Assembly (NCBI GenBank): GCA_034090985.1 | Contig: JAXDRN010000009.1 | Location: 11,563-75,562, forward strand | DNA from: Rothia sp. (in: high G+C Gram-positive bacteria) | GTDB taxonomy: Bacteria > Actinomycetota > Actinomycetes > Actinomycetales > Micrococcaceae | Length of the DNA stretch: 64,000 bases | Reading direction: 5' to 3' | Part shown: one piece after another, positions 63,658 to 64,000 of the stretch | How the letters are laid out: every line of letters starts with the position of its first letter | How positions within the stretch are numbered: position 1 is the stretch's first letter | Made by a program: the position numbers and the translations under genes | The notes under the pieces: model-generated | The model's database searches: none | Seen by the model: only the letters and a program-made list of their open reading frames with translations | Told to the model about the DNA's origin: nothing

Positions 63658-64000
63658 TTAGTCGTCCTGACCCCAGGCTGGGTCGCAGTGGCAGCTGTCG
63701 GGGGTCCACCAGGGGGCAATGAGGTCTAGGGTCTGATCCCCGTAAGGGTTAGTGCCCCGACCTACTGCCAGGGTGTGGCCCAGCAGGGCGTGAAGGCACT
63801 TAACTCGGGTGGGCATACCCCCGGCAGAAACACCGGCGATTTCTTCTACCTGCCCTATTCCAGCCTTCTGGCCGATCCGCTGACGGTGGGCCAGGTAGTT
63901 TTCGTGGGCCTGCTGGTAGGCTTCGGCCTTCTGGGGGTCTTCGCCTAGTTCATCGGTCATCTCGTACATCAGGCCTTCAGCTTCTAGGCGGGAGGCCGCT
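63658..64000 (-). CDS. DUF501 family protein (5' end outside the window)
   Basis: SRLEAEG, AGGMPTRVKCLHALLGH..A.G.G.NP.GD; upstream of ppx. Confidence 0.85.
   Translation of the reverse strand, partial: AASRLEAEGLMYEMTDELGEDPQKAEAYQQAHENYLAHRQRIGQKAGIGQVEEIAGVSAGGMPTRVKCLHALLGHTLAVGRGTNPYGDQTLDLIAPWWTPDSCHCDPAWGQDD

Overview
A 64 kb chromosomal segment from a moderately GC-rich actinobacterium. The gene content (mca, WhiB2, pmt/rsmI, DUF501-ppx, glpX-DUF4245, tRNA-Gln-glmU-prs) suggests a Micrococcaceae member such as Rothia; this is inference, not a database match. From left to right: (1) a 13 kb Wzx/Wzy surface-polysaccharide locus with nonulosonic-acid genes (a CBS-NeuB-SAF-TIM-barrel fusion and NeuA); (2) prs-glmU-tRNA-Gln; (3) a second glycan cassette with an ABC flippase next to a C-terminally truncated ispE; (4) rsmA-tatD-rsmI; (5) an AbiEi/DUF559-type nuclease gene bracketed by identical 67-bp palindromic direct repeats; (6) ordinary housekeeping and cell-envelope genes; (7) an AT-rich island downstream of tRNA-Leu. 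The island is the best candidate for an undescribed system. It encodes a radical SAM/SPASM maturase and an MFS exporter, flanked by two homologous short precursor-like peptide ORFs that the ORF track missed: 58037-58141 (34 aa, MLEVSLSNGNQQEHGRRGNGLCIIVKTMIDSEEN) and 55169-55255 (interrupted by a TGA). This looks like a RiPP gene cluster. It is bracketed by a dead IS5-like element and MITEs that share the same terminal inverted repeat. All calls were made by reading the sequence; no searches were run, and composition statements are by eye.
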